From contig OY970166.1 in assembly GCA_963706595.1 (NCBI GenBank), forward strand, positions 3,008,001 through 3,072,000: a stretch of DNA of 64,000 bases. Direction: 5' to 3'. Position numbers and translations under genes: made by a program. The stretch's first letter is position 1. Each line of letters opens with the position of its first letter. The DNA is from an uncultured cyanobacterium. GTDB lineage: Bacteria > Cyanobacteriota > Cyanobacteriia > Cyanobacteriales > Nostocaceae. The notes beneath the pieces are model-generated. The model did no database searches and was not told the origin of the DNA. It was given only the letters and a program-made list of their open reading frames with translations. Shown here piece by piece: positions 51,218-62,513 of the stretch.

Positions 51218-51772
51218 CTAAAGCGTTAGCCAGCTAAAAACTTGCTCAACAGTTAGGGATAAATCTATGTTGCTGAGAACGGGTAACGAGTCTGCACCTG
51301 TGAGCATTTCAACTCGTTGATTTGGGAATATGGTTAAAATGCTGGTTTCTTCTGGAAAAATTAACCAGCCTAGTTCTGTGCCATTTTGGGAACAGTGTAG
51401 CAGGTTACGGAGAACTTTGGCTTGGCTTTGGCCTGAAGAAAGAATTTCTATTGCCCAGTCTGGATGAGTTTGAAAACGGTTGGCAATTCTGCCGCTTGGT
51501 TCACGGGGAATGCGTTCCCAACGAAATACGGCAATATCAGGAATTATCGCAGCACCGCCAAAAACACAACGCAGTTCGGGGAAAGCAAAGGCAGTTTTTG
51601 GAGTTTCCGCAACTTCATTAATAGTAGCGACCAGTTTACCTTGCAAACGGCTATGTTCTCCTTGAGGCATGGGTTTTTGGCTAATTTTTCCGTCAATATA
51701 TTCGGAAGCGGGTTTGGTTTCGGGAAATTGCAGGAATTCTTCTAAGCTGATTGATTTGACTAGCGTACTCAT
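51218..51772 (-). CDS. Uma2-family endonuclease
   Basis: SLEEFL.PETKPASEYIDG, PELRC, IPDIAV, PDWAIEILS. Confidence 0.9.
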   Translation of the reverse strand: MSTLVKSISLEEFLQFPETKPASEYIDGKISQKPMPQGEHSRLQGKLVATINEVAETPKTAFAFPELRCVFGGAAIIPDIAVFRWERIPREPSGRIANRFQTHPDWAIEILSSGQSQAKVLRNLLHCSQNGTELGWLIFPEETSILTIFPNQRVEMLTGADSLPVLSNIDLSLTVEQVFSWLTL

Positions 51773-51955
51773 CGTTTTTCCTCGCCAAATTCTCTTACTT
51801 GTATTTTACTTTTTTAATTTGTTGATCCTGGATATTTTTTTTAATATGTATATGAAATCACATAAGTTTTTATACTGAAGATACAACTGTAGGGGGAGAA
51901 TTAGAGATAGCGATCGCCAATAGCCTAGACATAACCAACTAAAAGAGGTTAAGTT

Positions 51956-52147
51956 ATGGCAGTATCAGCAATTGACATTTCCAGAAGTCTCAGTGGTATA
52001 GACTTTCCGGTAAACAAAGAAGGTTTAGTTAACCATGCTAGACAGAAAAAAGCCAACCAGGAGATAATCGACACCCTGCAACAAATGCCAGAACGGGAAT
52101 ATGGCAACATGGCAGATGTAGAACACGCCTTTGGTGAAGTGAAATAA
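51956..52147 (+). CDS. DUF2795-family small protein
   Basis: LSGIDFPVNKEGLV..A......L..MPEREY....DV; GAGG RBS. Confidence 0.8.
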   Translation: MAVSAIDISRSLSGIDFPVNKEGLVNHARQKKANQEIIDTLQQMPEREYGNMADVEHAFGEVK

Positions 52148-52268
52148 TTCCTGAAGTTCTACGGGCGGGTTTACAGATATCATTCATCATTAACGGGCTG
52201 ATGAGTAAACCCGCTCCTACTTTAAAAAAGCGATCGCTCTAAAAATGGGGCGATCGCTTCTAAAATGA

Positions 52269-54212
52269 TTAAACCAGCAGTGATTGCATCAATGGTCTGT
52301 CTTCAGATAACTTCCCAGTCCGTAACCACTCACCCAGTTCATCTGGTGCTTGCACTTGGTTGAGACGTTCGCGCAACTTAGCACCTTCGAGAATTTCTTT
52401 CTCCAATAACGCCTGTGCAGTCTCCTCTAGCAACTCGCGGTTATAATGCAAAATACTTAAAGCGATGTGATGAGCATTATCCAGCGTCAGCTTCACTTCC
52501 CGGTCAATTTCCTCAGCCACTTTGGGGCTAATACTACGGCGAGGATTACCATAACCTTCGAGGAACTGCTGTTGTTGAATCTTCTCAAAAGCTACAGGAC
52601 CCAATTTTTCACTCATACCATAGATAGTAATGGCTCGTTCCGCTAAATCAGTAGCCTTCTGGATATCATCAGCCGCACCAGTGGAAACCTTGCCAAATAC
52701 AGTTTCTTCCGCCGAACGTCCACCCAACAAAGTTGCAATGCGACCGCGAATTTCATCTTCTATCATCAAGAAGCGGTCTTCTTCGGGCATCTGAATTGTA
52801 TAACCCAAAGCACCCACACCACGGGGGACAACAGAGATTTTTTCCACCTTACCAGCCCCAGGCATTAACGCACCGATAATGGCGTGACCGACTTCGTGAT
52901 AAGCTACGGTGGTTTTTTCCAGTTCATTCAGCACACGAGAGCGTTTTTCTAACCCAGCTACCAAGCGTTCAATAGCTTCATTAAAATCTGCCATCATCAC
53001 CGCTTGCCGATTTTGCCGTGCTGCTAATAATGCCGCTTCATTCACCAAGTTAGCTAAATCTGCACCCGCAAAACCAGGAGTTCTCGCGGCAATAGTTGAC
53101 AAATTAACATCATTAGCTAATTTGACATTTTTCGCATGGACATTGAGAATAGCTTCCCTACCGCTTTTATCAGGACGGTCAACCACAACTTGACGGTCAA
53201 ATCGTCCAGGACGGCTTAAAGCGGGGTCAATGACTTCAGGACGGTTAGTAGCAGCGATAATTATCACCCCTGTGTTAGCGTCAAAACCATCCATTTCGCT
53301 GAGTAACTGGTTGAGAGTTTGTTCGCGTTCATCGTTCCCGCCCATCATTGGTCCAGCACCGCCACGAGACTTACCCAGTGCGTCTAACTCGTCAATAAAG
53401 ACAATACAGGGCGCTTGCTGTTTAGCTTGGTCGAACAAGTCCCGCACACGTGAAGCACCGACACCCACGAATAACTCAATAAATTCTGAACCAGAAATGC
53501 TGAAAAAGGGAACACCCGCTTCACCAGCCACAGCTTTAGCGAGCATGGTTTTACCTGTTCCTGGCGGTCCGACTAACAAGACACCTTTGGGAATTTTTGC
53601 CCCCAGTCTGGTGTATTTACCCGCATTTTTGAGAAAATCAATGATTTCTTCCAGTTCGGCTTTGGCTTCATCGACACCAGCCACATCACTAAATTTTACA
53701 CCTGTGATGCCTTCAGAATAGATGCGGGCTTTGCTTTTACCTACTGTTAAAGCCGCAGGTCCACCACCTTGACGATTGATTAAGAAAGCCCAAATTCCAA
53801 AGAAAATTAAAGGTGGGGCTACCCAGCTAAGTAAAGTCCCAATCCAGGCGTTCTCAGATGGGGGTGGGGCAGTAAATTGGACATCATGCTCACGGAGAAT
53901 TTTGGGCAAATCCAAATCCAGAGCTACTGGCGTAGTGGTAAATACTTTTTCTACAGTTTCGCCTTCAGGAGTTTGGGTTTTGATGGTATATTCAATGCGA
54001 TCGCTACCCACAACAGCTTGCTCAACTTGATTATTTTGCACCTGAGTAATAAACTCACTGTAAGGGACTTGCACTTGTCGCTGCCCAAACAAACTGGGAA
54101 CAATTAAGTTAAGCAGTAATAAAAAACTTAGCAAAATCAGTAAACTACCGCCAAACTGCCTAGTTTTCGGATCTTTATTTGGTTTATTGTGATTATTAGT
54201 TTCTACAGGCAT
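52269..54212 (-). CDS. ftsH: ATP-dependent zinc metalloprotease FtsH (FtsH4-like)
   Basis: two [34 protein letters not shown]. Confidence 0.95.
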   Translation of the reverse strand: MPVETNNHNKPNKDPKTRQFGGSLLILLSFLLLLNLIVPSLFGQRQVQVPYSEFITQVQNNQVEQAVVGSDRIEYTIKTQTPEGETVEKVFTTTPVALDLDLPKILREHDVQFTAPPPSENAWIGTLLSWVAPPLIFFGIWAFLINRQGGGPAALTVGKSKARIYSEGITGVKFSDVAGVDEAKAELEEIIDFLKNAGKYTRLGAKIPKGVLLVGPPGTGKTMLAKAVAGEAGVPFFSISGSEFIELFVGVGASRVRDLFDQAKQQAPCIVFIDELDALGKSRGGAGPMMGGNDEREQTLNQLLSEMDGFDANTGVIIIAATNRPEVIDPALSRPGRFDRQVVVDRPDKSGREAILNVHAKNVKLANDVNLSTIAARTPGFAGADLANLVNEAALLAARQNRQAVMMADFNEAIERLVAGLEKRSRVLNELEKTTVAYHEVGHAIIGALMPGAGKVEKISVVPRGVGALGYTIQMPEEDRFLMIEDEIRGRIATLLGGRSAEETVFGKVSTGAADDIQKATDLAERAITIYGMSEKLGPVAFEKIQQQQFLEGYGNPRRSISPKVAEEIDREVKLTLDNAHHIALSILHYNRELLEETAQALLEKEILEGAKLRERLNQVQAPDELGEWLRTGKLSEDRPLMQSLLV

Positions 54213-54375
54213 TTAATATACCCTCCAAATTCAGTTATCAATTTTTCTAACTATTGGGAGCGATTTTGTCAGTGTGGATGTAAAGGTTTGTGTCTGTATA
54301 GGTCTATTCTAGAAACTAAAGTCAGTATCCTAATATCGGGTATACCCCACAGAAAAATGTGTATTGCCGAACTGT

Positions 54376-54564
54376 ATGAAAAATAATTTCGGATTTGTAG
54401 TGAAATTGTTGGTACTGTCGGGTTTGCTGTCTGTATTGATTAAGTACGCAGGACCGCATTTATCCATAGCGGCAACAAATACTAATGCGTTAATTATAGT
54501 TTTGTTACCGATTGTAATCATTGCGATCGCTTTATGTTGGAGATTTCAGTCAGCACAGTCATAA
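54376..54564 (+). CDS. small two-TM hypothetical membrane protein
   Basis: FVVKLLVLS.LLSVLIKYAGP...NALIIVLLP. Confidence 0.6.
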   Translation: MKNNFGFVVKLLVLSGLLSVLIKYAGPHLSIAATNTNALIIVLLPIVIIAIALCWRFQSAQS

Positions 54565-54626
54565 AATGCGGATAAATTGCTAAAATCAGCTAGCCTAATC
54601 TCAATTACACAGATGGGGGGCAGCCT

Positions 54627-55775
54627 GTGAACCTTGGTCAATGGATCGGCTTAATCGCTATAGTTCTGTCTTTATATATTTTATGGCAAATTCGACAGGT
54701 ATTGTTGCTAATATTTGCCGCAGTTGTGTTAGCTGCTACTTTAAATCGGCTAGCGAAACGTATTCAAAGCTTAGGCTTGAAACGTGGGTTATCTGTTGTC
54801 CTCTCAGTGCTGATTTTCTTCGCAGGTGTAGCAGGTTTTTTCTGGCTAATTGTGCCGCCTTTTGCACAGCAGTTTCAAGAACTAACTTATCGGGTTCCGC
54901 AAGGATTTGCTCGCTTTAATAGTTGGGTACAACAACTAGAAACTCTCATTCCTGAGCAATTAGTTCCTTACATCCCTAATCTCAATAACCTGATTGCACA
55001 GGCGCAACCTTTTCTTAATCAAATATTAGGTAACTCTTTCGCTTTTGTTTCTAGCTCTTTAGAAGTGATACTCAAGATTTTATTAGTCTTAGTATTAACA
55101 GGAATGTTTTTAGCCGAGCCTCTAGCCTATCGCCGATTATTTATTCGCCTGTTTCCCTCATTTTATCGGACAAGAATCAATGGCATTTTAGATCAATGCG
55201 AACTTTCATTGAAGGGATGGATCGCAGGTGCTTTCATTGCTATGAGTGCAGTGGGCATATCAACTGTAATTGGCTTATCATTTTTGGGTGTGAAAGCAGC
55301 CCTAGCTTTAGGAGTTTTAGCAGGATTCCTCAACGTAATTCCTAATTTAGGTCCTACATTAAGTTTAGTACCAGCAATGGCGATCGCTTTATTGGATACT
55401 CCCTGGAAACCTCTGCTAGTATTGCTGCTTTATCTTGTCATTCAACAGATTGATGCCAACTTAGTGACTCCCACTGTGATGGCACATCGAGTTTCGCTGC
55501 TACCGGCTGTCACCTTAATTGCCCAACTATTTTTCGTGACTTTCTTTGGCTTTTTAGGATTATTTTTAGCCCTACCCTTAACTGTCGTTGCTAAAATTTG
55601 GCTGCAAGAAGTATTGATTAAAGATGTACTAGATGAATGGGGTCATAGTCACCGCAAAGAAACTGAATTAGTCATAATTTCTCCATCTTCCCTGTCAGAT
55701 ATTGATTGGAACACAGAAACTCCCAACGGTGAACAAGACAATAAAATTGATGATGTTTTGCCACAACAAGAGTAA
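54627..55775 (+). CDS. AI-2E family transporter
   Basis: multi-TM; NVIPNLGP, IQQID.NLVTP, GFLGLFLALP. Confidence 0.9.
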   Translation: MNLGQWIGLIAIVLSLYILWQIRQVLLLIFAAVVLAATLNRLAKRIQSLGLKRGLSVVLSVLIFFAGVAGFFWLIVPPFAQQFQELTYRVPQGFARFNSWVQQLETLIPEQLVPYIPNLNNLIAQAQPFLNQILGNSFAFVSSSLEVILKILLVLVLTGMFLAEPLAYRRLFIRLFPSFYRTRINGILDQCELSLKGWIAGAFIAMSAVGISTVIGLSFLGVKAALALGVLAGFLNVIPNLGPTLSLVPAMAIALLDTPWKPLLVLLLYLVIQQIDANLVTPTVMAHRVSLLPAVTLIAQLFFVTFFGFLGLFLALPLTVVAKIWLQEVLIKDVLDEWGHSHRKETELVIISPSSLSDIDWNTETPNGEQDNKIDDVLPQQE

Positions 55776-55907
55776 TTACTTATTTATATCTTTTGTTGTA
55801 GCATCATTCTAGTCTACGTAAGTTGGGTTTCACCTCGTTCTACCCAACCTCAGATTTTCTGAAATCTAAAATAGTGAATTAGTCAAAAATTAGACTGGGA
55901 TATTATT

Positions 55908-56014
55908 TATAGCAATTTCCAATTATATAAGGTACTCTTAGCCCCCTCATCGCTTGCGGGGAGGGGGTTGGGGGTGGGGTTATTGTACCTCATAACACCG
56001 GGAAGTGCTGTATA
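55908..56014. mobile_element. MITE-like repeat, same family as 9367-9472 in inverted orientation
   Basis: TATAGCA..TGCTGTATA ends; core CCCCCTCATCGCTTGCGGGGAGGGGGTTGGGGGTGGGG. Confidence 0.55.
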
Positions 56015-56080
56015 GCGATCGCCAAGGAGGTTAAGACATAAACCGATAATCAAACTTAGACACCAAAAGGATTTTAACCC

Positions 56081-56150
<70 letters not shown>

Positions 56151-56167
56151 AGCTATAATTCAGATTC

Positions 56168-57553
56168 CTAAGTCAAATGGCTAAAGATAATTTTGTGTAA
56201 TTCCAAACGTGTAAAAGGTTTTGTCAAATACCCAGATGCTCCCACTAATCTTGCTTTTACCTTATCAACCACTCCCTTATAGCCTGTGACAAAAATCACT
56301 GGAGTATTTTTAAACATCGAATTATTTCGGATAATTCGGCACAATTCATAACCGTCAATTCCGGCCATATTCAGGTCAAGTAAAATCAAGTCTGGCTTGT
56401 GTCGAATAATCGACATTACAGCTTTTAGCGGGTCATTAATGGCAACGACAACAAAAGTTTCACTTTCTAAAAAACGGCTAATTTCTCGAAGAATTGTCGG
56501 ACTATCATCTACAGAAATAATTTTATAGGGTTTTAGAGTAGTAATGGTAGCAGTCGTTACTCTTTCAGAACTCAGATTTATGTTATTTGATATTGTTGAT
56601 TCCTGAATATTTTGTTTGACAACAGCAGAAATATCCTGAAATTGCTCAACAGGAATGTCTGCGTAAGATGAAATTGTATTGTTACTCGACTCCACTGGTA
56701 TGTCTACTACATTTGCTGTAAAGAATTTTGTTGTATAACTAGAAGATAATGAAAACTTTTTCACATTTGTGGGTAATTGATCAAAAGGTGGATCTGGTTC
56801 ATGTAATATAACTCCGCCTTTGATAATGTAAGGGTATATTGTTTTAGCTAGTTCAATTTCATCTTGATTAATCATCACAGCTAAATGACGAAGACTGAAA
56901 CCCTTCATCCAGTTAATTAATTTTGGCTGGAGAGATGGAAAAGCTTGACTGGGGATGACACTCCTCATCAACAGATATGGTCGCTGATAAGGTGAAGAAA
57001 TATGAGGTGCTAAAGACAGCCAATTATGTAATTGGATTTGGCAGCTTTCTATAAGTTTTTCTATATCCAATCTACATATCTCTGATACTATTAGCTGGGA
57101 ATCGCTTAAGGCAAAGTCGCCAGTGTTGATTAACAAAAATGATTCAACAACTTCTTTGACTAATTCTGAAATCAGCACAGTCGCTTGTTGAGTATTCAAA
57201 TATCCTTCATTAATCAGCCAATGAATAGCTTGATAATCAGCAGGTTCCATATTGGTATCACTATGATCTTTCCTGAACTGATGATGTAAGCCAGGGTCAA
57301 AAATTAAGCGTAACTGGACACGAATTTCACTAGTAAGCTGCGGAATGTCATAGCTAAGGCGACGCAGATGGCGTTCTAATCGATCAAAAGGCTCTACTGA
57401 ATGGGTAGCGTAGGTTATTGTTCCATGCTTGATGTAAATTGACCAAGTAACTGAGTTGCTAAAAGCTTGTAAACAAGTAGTGTCAGAACAACTAGATAAT
57501 TGCCTTAACAAACTTTGGGGAGGTAGTGTTGTGAAAGTGCCAAAAATATTCAT
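56168..57553 (-). CDS. PatA-family response regulator (PATAN/DUF4388 + REC)
   Basis: N-term YATHSVEPFDRLERHLRRL, SPYQRPY; C-term REC domain VDDS, ILLDLNM, YLTKPF. Confidence 0.85.
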   Translation of the reverse strand: MNIFGTFTTLPPQSLLRQLSSCSDTTCLQAFSNSVTWSIYIKHGTITYATHSVEPFDRLERHLRRLSYDIPQLTSEIRVQLRLIFDPGLHHQFRKDHSDTNMEPADYQAIHWLINEGYLNTQQATVLISELVKEVVESFLLINTGDFALSDSQLIVSEICRLDIEKLIESCQIQLHNWLSLAPHISSPYQRPYLLMRSVIPSQAFPSLQPKLINWMKGFSLRHLAVMINQDEIELAKTIYPYIIKGGVILHEPDPPFDQLPTNVKKFSLSSSYTTKFFTANVVDIPVESSNNTISSYADIPVEQFQDISAVVKQNIQESTISNNINLSSERVTTATITTLKPYKIISVDDSPTILREISRFLESETFVVVAINDPLKAVMSIIRHKPDLILLDLNMAGIDGYELCRIIRNNSMFKNTPVIFVTGYKGVVDKVKARLVGASGYLTKPFTRLELHKIIFSHLT

Positions 57554-57595
57554 ATTCTGGAATATTTGTTCGATATATTATACAGAATATACTAA

Positions 57596-57774
57596 CTCAC
57601 ATCTTGCACCTAGCCCTGGCAATGAGAAATTGCGACTATACAAACTAAGTCCACCTGCGCGGATTAACAGAAAATCAAGGTTTTCAACCCGCGTAGGCGG
57701 CCTTCCCGACCGGATGACGCTTTGCGTCACGCCTGTGTAGCAGTGAATTGCAGTCGCCTGATGCAAGATATGAG
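57596..57774. mobile_element. MITE-like element with internal REP-like hairpins
   Basis: TIR CTCACATCTTGCACC / GATGCAAGATATGAG. Confidence 0.65.
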
Positions 57775-58407
57775 CGCCCCAGGGGGGAAGTCAAAAATCA
57801 AAAGTATTAAATCCCCTCGCAACGAATGAAACAAATACATTTCTCTTGTTTGGCTAAAAGCCTTGCTATATAAGGGTTATAAAGTGTGTTAGTTAGGAGC
57901 TAGCATCACACAATCGCTATGTATAATTTTGTCGTACTTCATATTTGGCTAAAAAATATAAATTTTTAACTAAAATAACGCATAAAATTTCGTTGCAGCT
58001 ACTATTAAATAATCCGGCTCAGGCAACTTTGATTTCAAATACTTATGCTTAAAGCCGTGAAATATTCAGCCAATAGTTGGGATTTTGCAGATTAAAAAAA
58101 CCTGTTTTTTTATAAACATTTTATGAAGTAAGTATGTATACCAATTTTATAGAAGCTTGTGCTTTATTCAACCACAAAAAGTAATACCACAGGCTCACAA
58201 ACAAAGCCGTATTTAGCTGGATGATTAGGAACATTTTTCTCAAAAAATTTATCTATGGGAATAATTTTGTTAAAACTATCTGTTTCATAAAGATTGCACT
58301 AATTAGTGTTAAACATCTATGTTTACTCTTGTAGACTCCGGAAACTCAACTATATACTTTGAAAAAAGGAAAATAAAGCCTTGGACAATAACATAACAAA
58401 AAAAGTT

Positions 58408-59082
58408 ATGCACGATACCTTTAAACTCGATGAAATAGTAGAATTTGCTGAAAATCCTGAACCACGTTGTCCTTGTGTGCTATTGCTAGACACATCTGGC
58501 TCAATGCAAGGAGATCCCATAGAGGCGTTAAATCAGGGCTTGTTGAGTTTGAAGGATGAATTAGTCAAAAATTCCTTGGCAGCCAGAAGAGTTGAAGTGG
58601 CGATCATTACTTTTGATAGTAATGTGAATATAGTCCAAGATTTTGTGACAGCCGATCAATTTAACCCACCAATCTTGACAGCACAGGGACTAACCACGAT
58701 GGGGGCGGGAATTCATAAAGCATTAGACATGGTGCAAGAGCGTAAATCCCTATATCGTGCCAATGGTATTGCTTACTATCGTCCTTGGGTATTCATGATT
58801 ACAGATGGAGAACCACAAGGTGAATTAGACCAACTCATAGAACAAGCAGCCCAACGCCTGCAAGGAGATGAAGCCAATAAACGAGTCGCATTCTTCACAG
58901 TCGGTGTAGAAAACGCTAACATGATGCGCTTAAATCAATTAGCGGTGCGGACTCCGCTCAAACTGAAAGGACTTAACTTCATAGAGATGTTTGTGTGGTT
59001 GTCAGCTAGTATGTCAGCAGTTTCCCATTCCCAAGTAGATGAACAGGTTGCACTACCTCCCATTGGCTGGGGGACACTTTAA
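58408..59082 (+). CDS. terY: TerY-like vWA domain protein
   Basis: EPRCPCVLLLDTSGSM (MIDAS), TTMG, YYRPWVFMITDGEP, F.WLSAS. Confidence 0.88.
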   Translation: MHDTFKLDEIVEFAENPEPRCPCVLLLDTSGSMQGDPIEALNQGLLSLKDELVKNSLAARRVEVAIITFDSNVNIVQDFVTADQFNPPILTAQGLTTMGAGIHKALDMVQERKSLYRANGIAYYRPWVFMITDGEPQGELDQLIEQAAQRLQGDEANKRVAFFTVGVENANMMRLNQLAVRTPLKLKGLNFIEMFVWLSASMSAVSHSQVDEQVALPPIGWGTL

Positions 59083-59116
59083 TGGCGAAGCGAAGCTAGC
59101 TGCTTTGAAAAAATCT

Positions 59117-59893
59117 ATGAACACAACATCAAAACTATCTCATTGGCGAGTAGTCGCCGCATCTGTATGTGGTACAAGCCACGTCAGAAACAAACAGCTG
59201 TGTCAAGATGCTCACCATTGGCGGCTATTACCAGGTAATGTGTTGGTGACTGCGGCTGCTGATGGTGCAGGTTCTGCCAGCCAGGGAAAAGTGGGAGCAA
59301 TGGTGGCTGTAGAAACAGCAATAGAAACCCTTGCGATCAAAGAAATTACTCGAGACTCCCTTGCAGATGACGCAATTGTGCAATCACTCTTAAATGAGGC
59401 CTTGGTAGCTGCTAAAAAAGCGGTAGAAGAGGAAGCAGTAGCTTGTAGCAAACAGCCTCAAGATTTAGCCACCACCTTAATTATTATGGTTGCTACACCA
59501 GATATGGTGGCAGTTGTACAAATTGGCGATGGTTTAGCAGTAGCTAAGGATCATAAGGGTAACTTACTGGCACTGACAACACCCGACAATGGCGAATACA
59601 TCAACCAGACAACTTTTTTAACTTCGCCTGATGCCTTAGATACAGCCCAAATGAGATTATGGCGTGAAACCATAGTTAATGTTGGTGTCCTCACCGATGG
59701 ACTACAAATGCTGGCTTTAAACATGGTTGTGGGTGAGCCTCACAAGCCATTCTTTTTTCCCTTATTCGACTTTGTAGAGAATGCCGAAGATAAAACAGTC
59801 GCAAAAGAACAGTTAGTGCGGTTTTTAGGTTCTGAGCGGATTACGCAACGTACTGATGATGATCTGACGCTGATTTTAGCTGGCTTCATTTAG
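59117..59893 (+). CDS. PP2C-like phosphatase of TerY-P triad
   Basis: ASVCGTSH....CQDA, ADGAGSA, ATTL, QIGDG, GEYINQTTF, TDGL, TDDDLT. Confidence 0.88.
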   Translation: MNTTSKLSHWRVVAASVCGTSHVRNKQLCQDAHHWRLLPGNVLVTAAADGAGSASQGKVGAMVAVETAIETLAIKEITRDSLADDAIVQSLLNEALVAAKKAVEEEAVACSKQPQDLATTLIIMVATPDMVAVVQIGDGLAVAKDHKGNLLALTTPDNGEYINQTTFLTSPDALDTAQMRLWRETIVNVGVLTDGLQMLALNMVVGEPHKPFFFPLFDFVENAEDKTVAKEQLVRFLGSERITQRTDDDLTLILAGFI

Positions 59894-59995
59894 CGATTGA
59901 TCGCGTCTAATTGCTCATTATCTTTTTTCTGTGCAGTGTTGTGGTGATTTTGCGATATCGGTCTTTTACATAACCCCATTCACAGTAATTTTATC

Positions 59996-62176
59996 ATGCA
60001 GGTCTTACGTTGTCTTCCCAAACCAGAAATTATCAACCTCAGCGTTAGTTTGGGGCGTGGCGGTGAAGCTTGCATCTATGCAGTGCCGGACTGTGGCGAT
60101 TTAGTAGCCAAGGTTTATCACAAGCCCACAGTTGCTCACGCCCACAAACTCCAGGCGATGCTTGCCAACCCTCCAGAAAACCCTACCGCTAGCTTGGGGC
60201 ATATTTCCATTGCTTGGCCAGAGGATTTATTATGGGCGACAGATCGCCGCAAGGGCATCATCGGCTTTTTGATGCCGCGAATTCGCGGGATGCGCCCCAT
60301 CATCGACTTTTATAATCCCAGAACTCGTCGCGAACACTGTCCCTTATTCAATTATCAGTATCTGCTTCGCACGGCGCGTAATTTAGCAGCAGCTTTTGCG
60401 GCTTTGCATCACAGTGGATATTGTGTTGGTGACGTGAATGAGTCAAATATTTTGGTCAGCGATAGCGCATTGGTGACTTTGGTAGATACTGACTCTTTCC
60501 AAGTGTCTGATCCTGATCAAAAGATTGTTTATCGTTGTTCAGTTGGTAAACCAGAGTTTACTCCACCAGAACTACAGAATAAAATTTTTGCTCAACACGA
60601 CCGGAAAATTTCCCATGACTTGTTCGGCTTGGCGGTGTTGATTTTTCAACTCCTCATGGAAGGTACTCACCCATTTTCGGGAATCTTTCAAGGTATTCCT
60701 GAGCCACCAACTTACGAAGCCCGGATTGCGGCGGGACATTTTACTTACAGTCAAAAGCACCAAGTCCCTTATCGTCCTACCCCCATCGCACCGGCTTGGG
60801 AAGTGCTTCATCCTCAGTTGCAAGAATTATTTTTACGTTGTTTTGAGGATGGTCACAATGACCCAAATCTGCGTCCCAGCGCCCAAACTTGGCTATCAGC
60901 TTTAGCTGAAGCCGAAGATAGTCTGATTACTTGTACTGCGAATCCCCAACATCGCTACAACAACCATTTAGATAGTTGTCCTTGGTGTGAACGTGCTTTA
61001 CGCTTAGGTGGACGTGATCCATTTCCATCACCTAGAGCAGTTGAAAATCGCGAACATCTGCGTCCGCGAGTTGTACCAAAAAGGCGTTACGCCCAGCGTC
61101 CCCGTTCTCCACAACCAGTTAGAAACCAGTCCCCAGTTAATTATTGGCAACCTGTAGCTACTTCTAGCTATTCGCCTTATCAACCTCAAAAGAAAACTAA
61201 GTTTTATCCGGCTGTGTTGGGTTTAATAGGTCTTGGTGTGTTGGGGTATTTGGACGTAGCAATTAAATTTACTCGTCCTTATGTTTCTCAAAATGCCTAC
61301 ACTCAACAAACGTTGATGGCTCGTCCTCAACCCCAGGAAGATACTTTAACTTTCGCCGATTACTATAGCGCTGGTCATGCTGCTTACCAAATCCAAGATT
61401 ATGAGCAAGCAGTAGAAAAGTTTAGTCAAGCCATAGAACAGGAACCGACAAATGCTAGAGCTTTTGTTAACCGAGGTAATTCCCGCTACAATTTGAAAGA
61501 TTATGAAGGGGCTTTGGAAGATTATAACCAAGCTTTGCAGATTAACCCCAAAGAAGTGAAGGCTTTTGTCCACCGAGGCAATGCCCGTTATATGCTAGCT
61601 GAATTTAGCCATGATCCTGATCGAGAATATAATCTCGCGATCGCAGATTTTGATCAAGCACTGGGAATCAATAATCAGGAAACTGAAGCCTATATTAGAC
61701 GAGGTGTTGTCCGCTCTCAAATGGCTAGATATAGTAGCGAATCTGTGCAGGACTATCAACAGGCGATCGTTGATTTTACCCACGCTATTCGACTCAATGC
61801 CTCCAGAGCCGAAGCTTATTTTCAGCGCGGTGAAGTTCGCTATAAATTGGCACAATTTAGCAGTAACTTTATTCCAGAATATCACCAAGTCATCGCTGAC
61901 TTTAACCAAGCGCTACAAATTAATGGCAACTTGGCAAAAGTCTATCTCAAACGAGGGATGATTCGCTATGAACTTACACAATATACTGGCAAAGAATCTG
62001 ATCCCAATAATCTGAAGGCTATTGAAGATTTACGAACAGCAGCCAAACTTTCCTTAGAACAAGAGGATACAGAAAGCTACCAGCAAGCACTAAGCAGTAT
62101 CTGTGTAATTATAGAAAGCCAATGTACTGCTTTATTACAAAGCTCTGCCATGTGGAAATATACAGGAACAAATTAA
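59996..62176 (+). CDS. TerY-associated Ser/Thr kinase with C-terminal TM and TPR repeats
   Basis: GRGGEA, VAKVY, IAWP, GDVNESNILV, VDTDSFQ, FTPPE, HPF, C..NPQH...CPWC, TM helix, several TPRs. Confidence 0.87.
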   Translation: MQVLRCLPKPEIINLSVSLGRGGEACIYAVPDCGDLVAKVYHKPTVAHAHKLQAMLANPPENPTASLGHISIAWPEDLLWATDRRKGIIGFLMPRIRGMRPIIDFYNPRTRREHCPLFNYQYLLRTARNLAAAFAALHHSGYCVGDVNESNILVSDSALVTLVDTDSFQVSDPDQKIVYRCSVGKPEFTPPELQNKIFAQHDRKISHDLFGLAVLIFQLLMEGTHPFSGIFQGIPEPPTYEARIAAGHFTYSQKHQVPYRPTPIAPAWEVLHPQLQELFLRCFEDGHNDPNLRPSAQTWLSALAEAEDSLITCTANPQHRYNNHLDSCPWCERALRLGGRDPFPSPRAVENREHLRPRVVPKRRYAQRPRSPQPVRNQSPVNYWQPVATSSYSPYQPQKKTKFYPAVLGLIGLGVLGYLDVAIKFTRPYVSQNAYTQQTLMARPQPQEDTLTFADYYSAGHAAYQIQDYEQAVEKFSQAIEQEPTNARAFVNRGNSRYNLKDYEGALEDYNQALQINPKEVKAFVHRGNARYMLAEFSHDPDREYNLAIADFDQALGINNQETEAYIRRGVVRSQMARYSSESVQDYQQAIVDFTHAIRLNASRAEAYFQRGEVRYKLAQFSSNFIPEYHQVIADFNQALQINGNLAKVYLKRGMIRYELTQYTGKESDPNNLKAIEDLRTAAKLSLEQEDTESYQQALSSICVIIESQCTALLQSSAMWKYTGTN

Positions 62177-62513
62177 TTAAAAAACTAGTTAAATTACAGC
62201 TAGTTTTTCCCTAAACAATTTGTGTTGAAGGAAACATAAACATGATAAGTATTAGCATGATACTAATCTTATCATGTTTAGCTATTTTTAATATAGTTAA
62301 CTAATTCAATTACCATCATATAAGTATTCATATATATTTTATATATAAAAGAAAATCATTTACACCCTCTTCATCAATTTCCTCCAAATAATAGTTATAT
62401 TATGTACGGAAAGAAAGACATTATCCCAGCATTTTTTTCGCTGACACGTGCATCCTCTTTATCTGAAAAAATTTAAATAATAATCTACCTGCAAATCTTC
62501 AAAAGGTAATTGT

